Shown piece by piece: positions 63,322 to 64,000 of a DNA stretch of 64,000 nucleotides. The stretch is from Candidatus Oxydemutatoraceae bacterium. GTDB taxonomy: Bacteria > Pseudomonadota > Gammaproteobacteria > Poriferisulfidales > Oxydemutatoraceae. Position 1 is the first letter of the stretch; each line of letters starts with the position of its first letter. Position numbers and translations under genes: made by a program. Below the pieces are notes generated by a model. The model made no database searches. It saw only the letters and a program-made list of their open reading frames with translations, and had not been told where the DNA came from. Location: positions 1,248,001 to 1,312,000 of the forward strand of contig CBDCOZ010000003.1 of the NCBI GenBank assembly GCA_965220085.1, in the 5' to 3' direction.

Positions 63322-64000
63322 TCTCGGTGATCTCTATCGCAATTGTCGGCTGCGCTTGCGGCGACAGCGGCATGCTCTCGCCGTACAGATCGCCGGGCTG
63401 TTTCCGCGCCCCGCCCGATTTTGAGACGCGGGCAATCACGGTGACCGGATCAAAGTGGCGCAATGTCATCGCCGGCATCATCGCATCGTCGCTGCTCAGA
63501 CTGACTCTGGCGGGCAGGTCGGCGACGGTCAAGCGTTTGATCGCAAGCGGCATCGGCGGGCCGTTTGCGGCTCTGGCGTAGACAAACACCGTGTCTTCCG
63601 CCGCCGCTTGCGGTTGCAAGTGCGCGGCCAAAGCGACCGTCACGGTCACGGTCACAACCGGCATATCGGCCGCGGTCGGCGGGGCATCGGAGCGCAGCTG
63701 CTCGGCTTCGGCGATCTGTCGGTCCAACTCCGCTGCGATCTCAGAACCGTCCTCGACATTGCGCCGCAGATAGCTCCAACGATTCACCGCGCCCGAATAA
63801 TCCTCTTCTATAAAAGAGGCAAAGCCGCGCAACCAGAGCCCGCGCTCGTTATTCGGCGATACCGCCAGCGCTGCGTCCAGCAAGGCAATAGATTGGGAAT
63901 CAAACCGCTCTCCCGATGACAGGAAGATGGCTTCGGCATAGGCAATCTTGTCTTCGGGCATCAACTCACCGCTCGCCTCGGCCTGCTCGTAAGCGGCGAC
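63296..64000 (-). CDS. ccmI: c-type cytochrome biogenesis protein CcmI/CycH (5' truncated)
   Basis: TPR segment, VFVYARAANGPPMPLA, LSSDDAMMP, ARVSKSG, GDLYG. Confidence 0.9.
   Translation of the reverse strand, partial: VAAYEQAEASGELMPEDKIAYAEAIFLSSGERFDSQSIALLDAALAVSPNNERGLWLRGFASFIEEDYSGAVNRWSYLRRNVEDGSEIAAELDRQIAEAEQLRSDAPPTAADMPVVTVTVTVALAAHLQPQAAAEDTVFVYARAANGPPMPLAIKRLTVADLPARVSLSSDDAMMPAMTLRHFDPVTVIARVSKSGGARKQPGDLYGESMPLSPQAQPTIAIEITEIVKDSERD

Overview
Gammaproteobacterial chromosome segment; the host-associated/symbiont lifestyle is inferred from Cys-rich, Fn3 and Ig surface proteins. The compact core backbone carries fabF-pabC-mltG-tmk-holB, a class V aminotransferase, an L,D-transpeptidase with an OprI-like lipoprotein, dusA, a yadGH-like ABC pair, rpsB-tsf-pyrH-frr-uppS-cdsA-dxr-rseP-bamA-skp-lpxD-fabZ-lpxA, a cyclophilin, lpxH, alaS-trpFBA-accD-folC-dedD-cvpA-purF, ccmI-lolCE-lolD, DUF2062, comEC and five tRNAs. 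Three accessory islands interrupt it: tRNA-Glu/tRNA-Ala, rpsB/tRNA-His and alaS/comEC. Main discovery candidate: all three islands encode one family of secreted modular proteins (6 genes plus remnants, 11 copies of the tail) that end in an invariant C-terminal LRL/MRLFLEGPLR-stop motif. All six genes also carry a poly-C tract (9-26 nt) in the 5' coding region ahead of the signal peptide. Three are in frame and three are frameshifted at the tract. This suggests a phase-variable surface repertoire with an undescribed C-terminal sorting signal. Also present: tandem amplifications spanning the overlapping stop codons of convergent genes, an intact IS1595 inserted at the ribosome-binding region of one family member, a type II R-M pair whose methylase has an in-frame stop, a recurring 25-bp palindrome, and a DnaA-box cluster.
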